The notes beneath the pieces were generated by a model, which saw only the letters and a program-made list of their open reading frames with translations, did not search any database and was not told where the DNA came from. From a virus, in the IMG/VR virus record IMGVR_UViG_3300029427_000002, positions 1 through 60,106 of that record: DNA of 60,106 bases; one strand, given 5' to 3'. A program made the position numbers and the translations under genes. This document shows, piece after piece, positions 59,724 through 60,106 of this stretch. Numbering within the stretch: the first letter of the stretch is position 1; each line of letters begins with the position of its first letter.

Positions 59724-60106
59724 ATGTTAATCAATGAAGTATTAGACAGTAAGTCTATTGCATTATCAGCAACAGAAAACGCCAGTAACCAGATACCTTA
59801 TCTTGGTTTACAGTGGTTTCCTGAAAGAAAGAAACAGGGGCTTGATTTAAGCTGGATTAAGACACACAAAGGACTTCCGGTTTCACTTGCACCATCTAAC
59901 TTTGACACAATCCCAACACTTAGAGCTAGAGAGGGATTAAGCAAGGAAAAAACACAAATGGCATTTTTCCGTGAGGGAATGACAGTCGGTGAAGAGGAAA
60001 TGCTTGAAATTGAGCGTATTCAGTCAGCAGACGACCCTTACCTTGCAAGTGCTTTATCAAGCGTATATGACGATACTAACAATCTTGTAAGCGGTGCGGA
60101 GGTTGT
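59724..60106 (+). CDS. Major capsid protein, 5' part (continues at position 124 via the circular junction)
   Basis: AGGAGG SD; in frame with 1..814. Confidence 0.75.
   Translation, partial: MLINEVLDSKSIALSATENASNQIPYLGLQWFPERKKQGLDLSWIKTHKGLPVSLAPSNFDTIPTLRAREGLSKEKTQMAFFREGMTVGEEEMLEIERIQSADDPYLASALSSVYDDTNNLVSGAEV

Noticed and set aside
1-60106. Genome-wide stop-codon recoding (TAG or TAA reassigned), suggested by the UUA-anticodon tRNA
   Set aside because: Large genes (tape measure 1108 aa, fibre 1218 aa, terL, portal, ATPase) are uninterrupted in the standard code, and many genes end in TAA. There is no fragmentation pattern typical of recoded phages.
1-60106. Diversity-generating retroelement or retron acting on the tail fibre
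   Set aside because: No reverse-transcriptase-like ORF is present anywhere in the genome, and I found no template/variable repeat pair.

Overview
The window is one complete, circularly closed phage genome. Bases 1-123 are identical to 59984-60106, so the unit length is 59,983 bp, and the major capsid gene runs across that junction. It looks like a temperate siphovirus-type phage of an AT-rich Gram-positive host, probably a spore-forming Clostridia-like one. Host clues are a GH25 endolysin, SleB-like and Spo0A-C-like genes, a dockerin-like motif and strong GGAGG ribosome-binding sites.

Gene order on the + strand unless noted:
- Head, neck and tail genes (1-14.3 kb): a G/GT chaperone with a T_TTT_TTC slippery site, an 1108-aa tape measure and a 1218-aa tail fibre.
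- Endolysin (14.35-15.6 kb).
- Lipoprotein and CI-like repressor on the minus strand, facing a Cro-like gene (15.7-17.6 kb).
- Early, recombination and replication module (18-35 kb): BRO-N antirepressor, Rad50-like ATPase, RecT, a frameshifted MBL hydrolase, SSB flanked by HNH genes, GIY-YIG, replisome organizer and a G39P-like loader.
- Tn916-style sigma-like/xis/int cassette with attP arm repeats (35.3-37.3 kb).
- A 10-kb att-proximal accessory region (37.3-47.4 kb).
- TerS, MazG, DUF3310, two tRNA genes and about 6 kb of small Cys-rich genes.
- TerL, a DUF1492 regulator, portal, scaffold, decoration protein and the capsid gene 5' end.

Most unusual observations:
1. A solitary type I-B Cas5 homologue (42874-43572). 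It has its own promoter, a leader terminator and a 450-bp non-coding neighbour that carries a promoter and ATTGAAA-type repeat-handle-like motifs.
2. A tRNA-like gene with anticodon UUA and a tRNA-Gln-type acceptor stem, next to a normal tRNA-Gln(UUG). Two late gene pairs are separated in frame by a single stop codon.
3. An unknown six-gene operon beside attP.
4. A 28-bp inverted repeat in front of the antirepressor gene.

All functional calls rest on my reading of the translated ORFs and the DNA. No database search was run.
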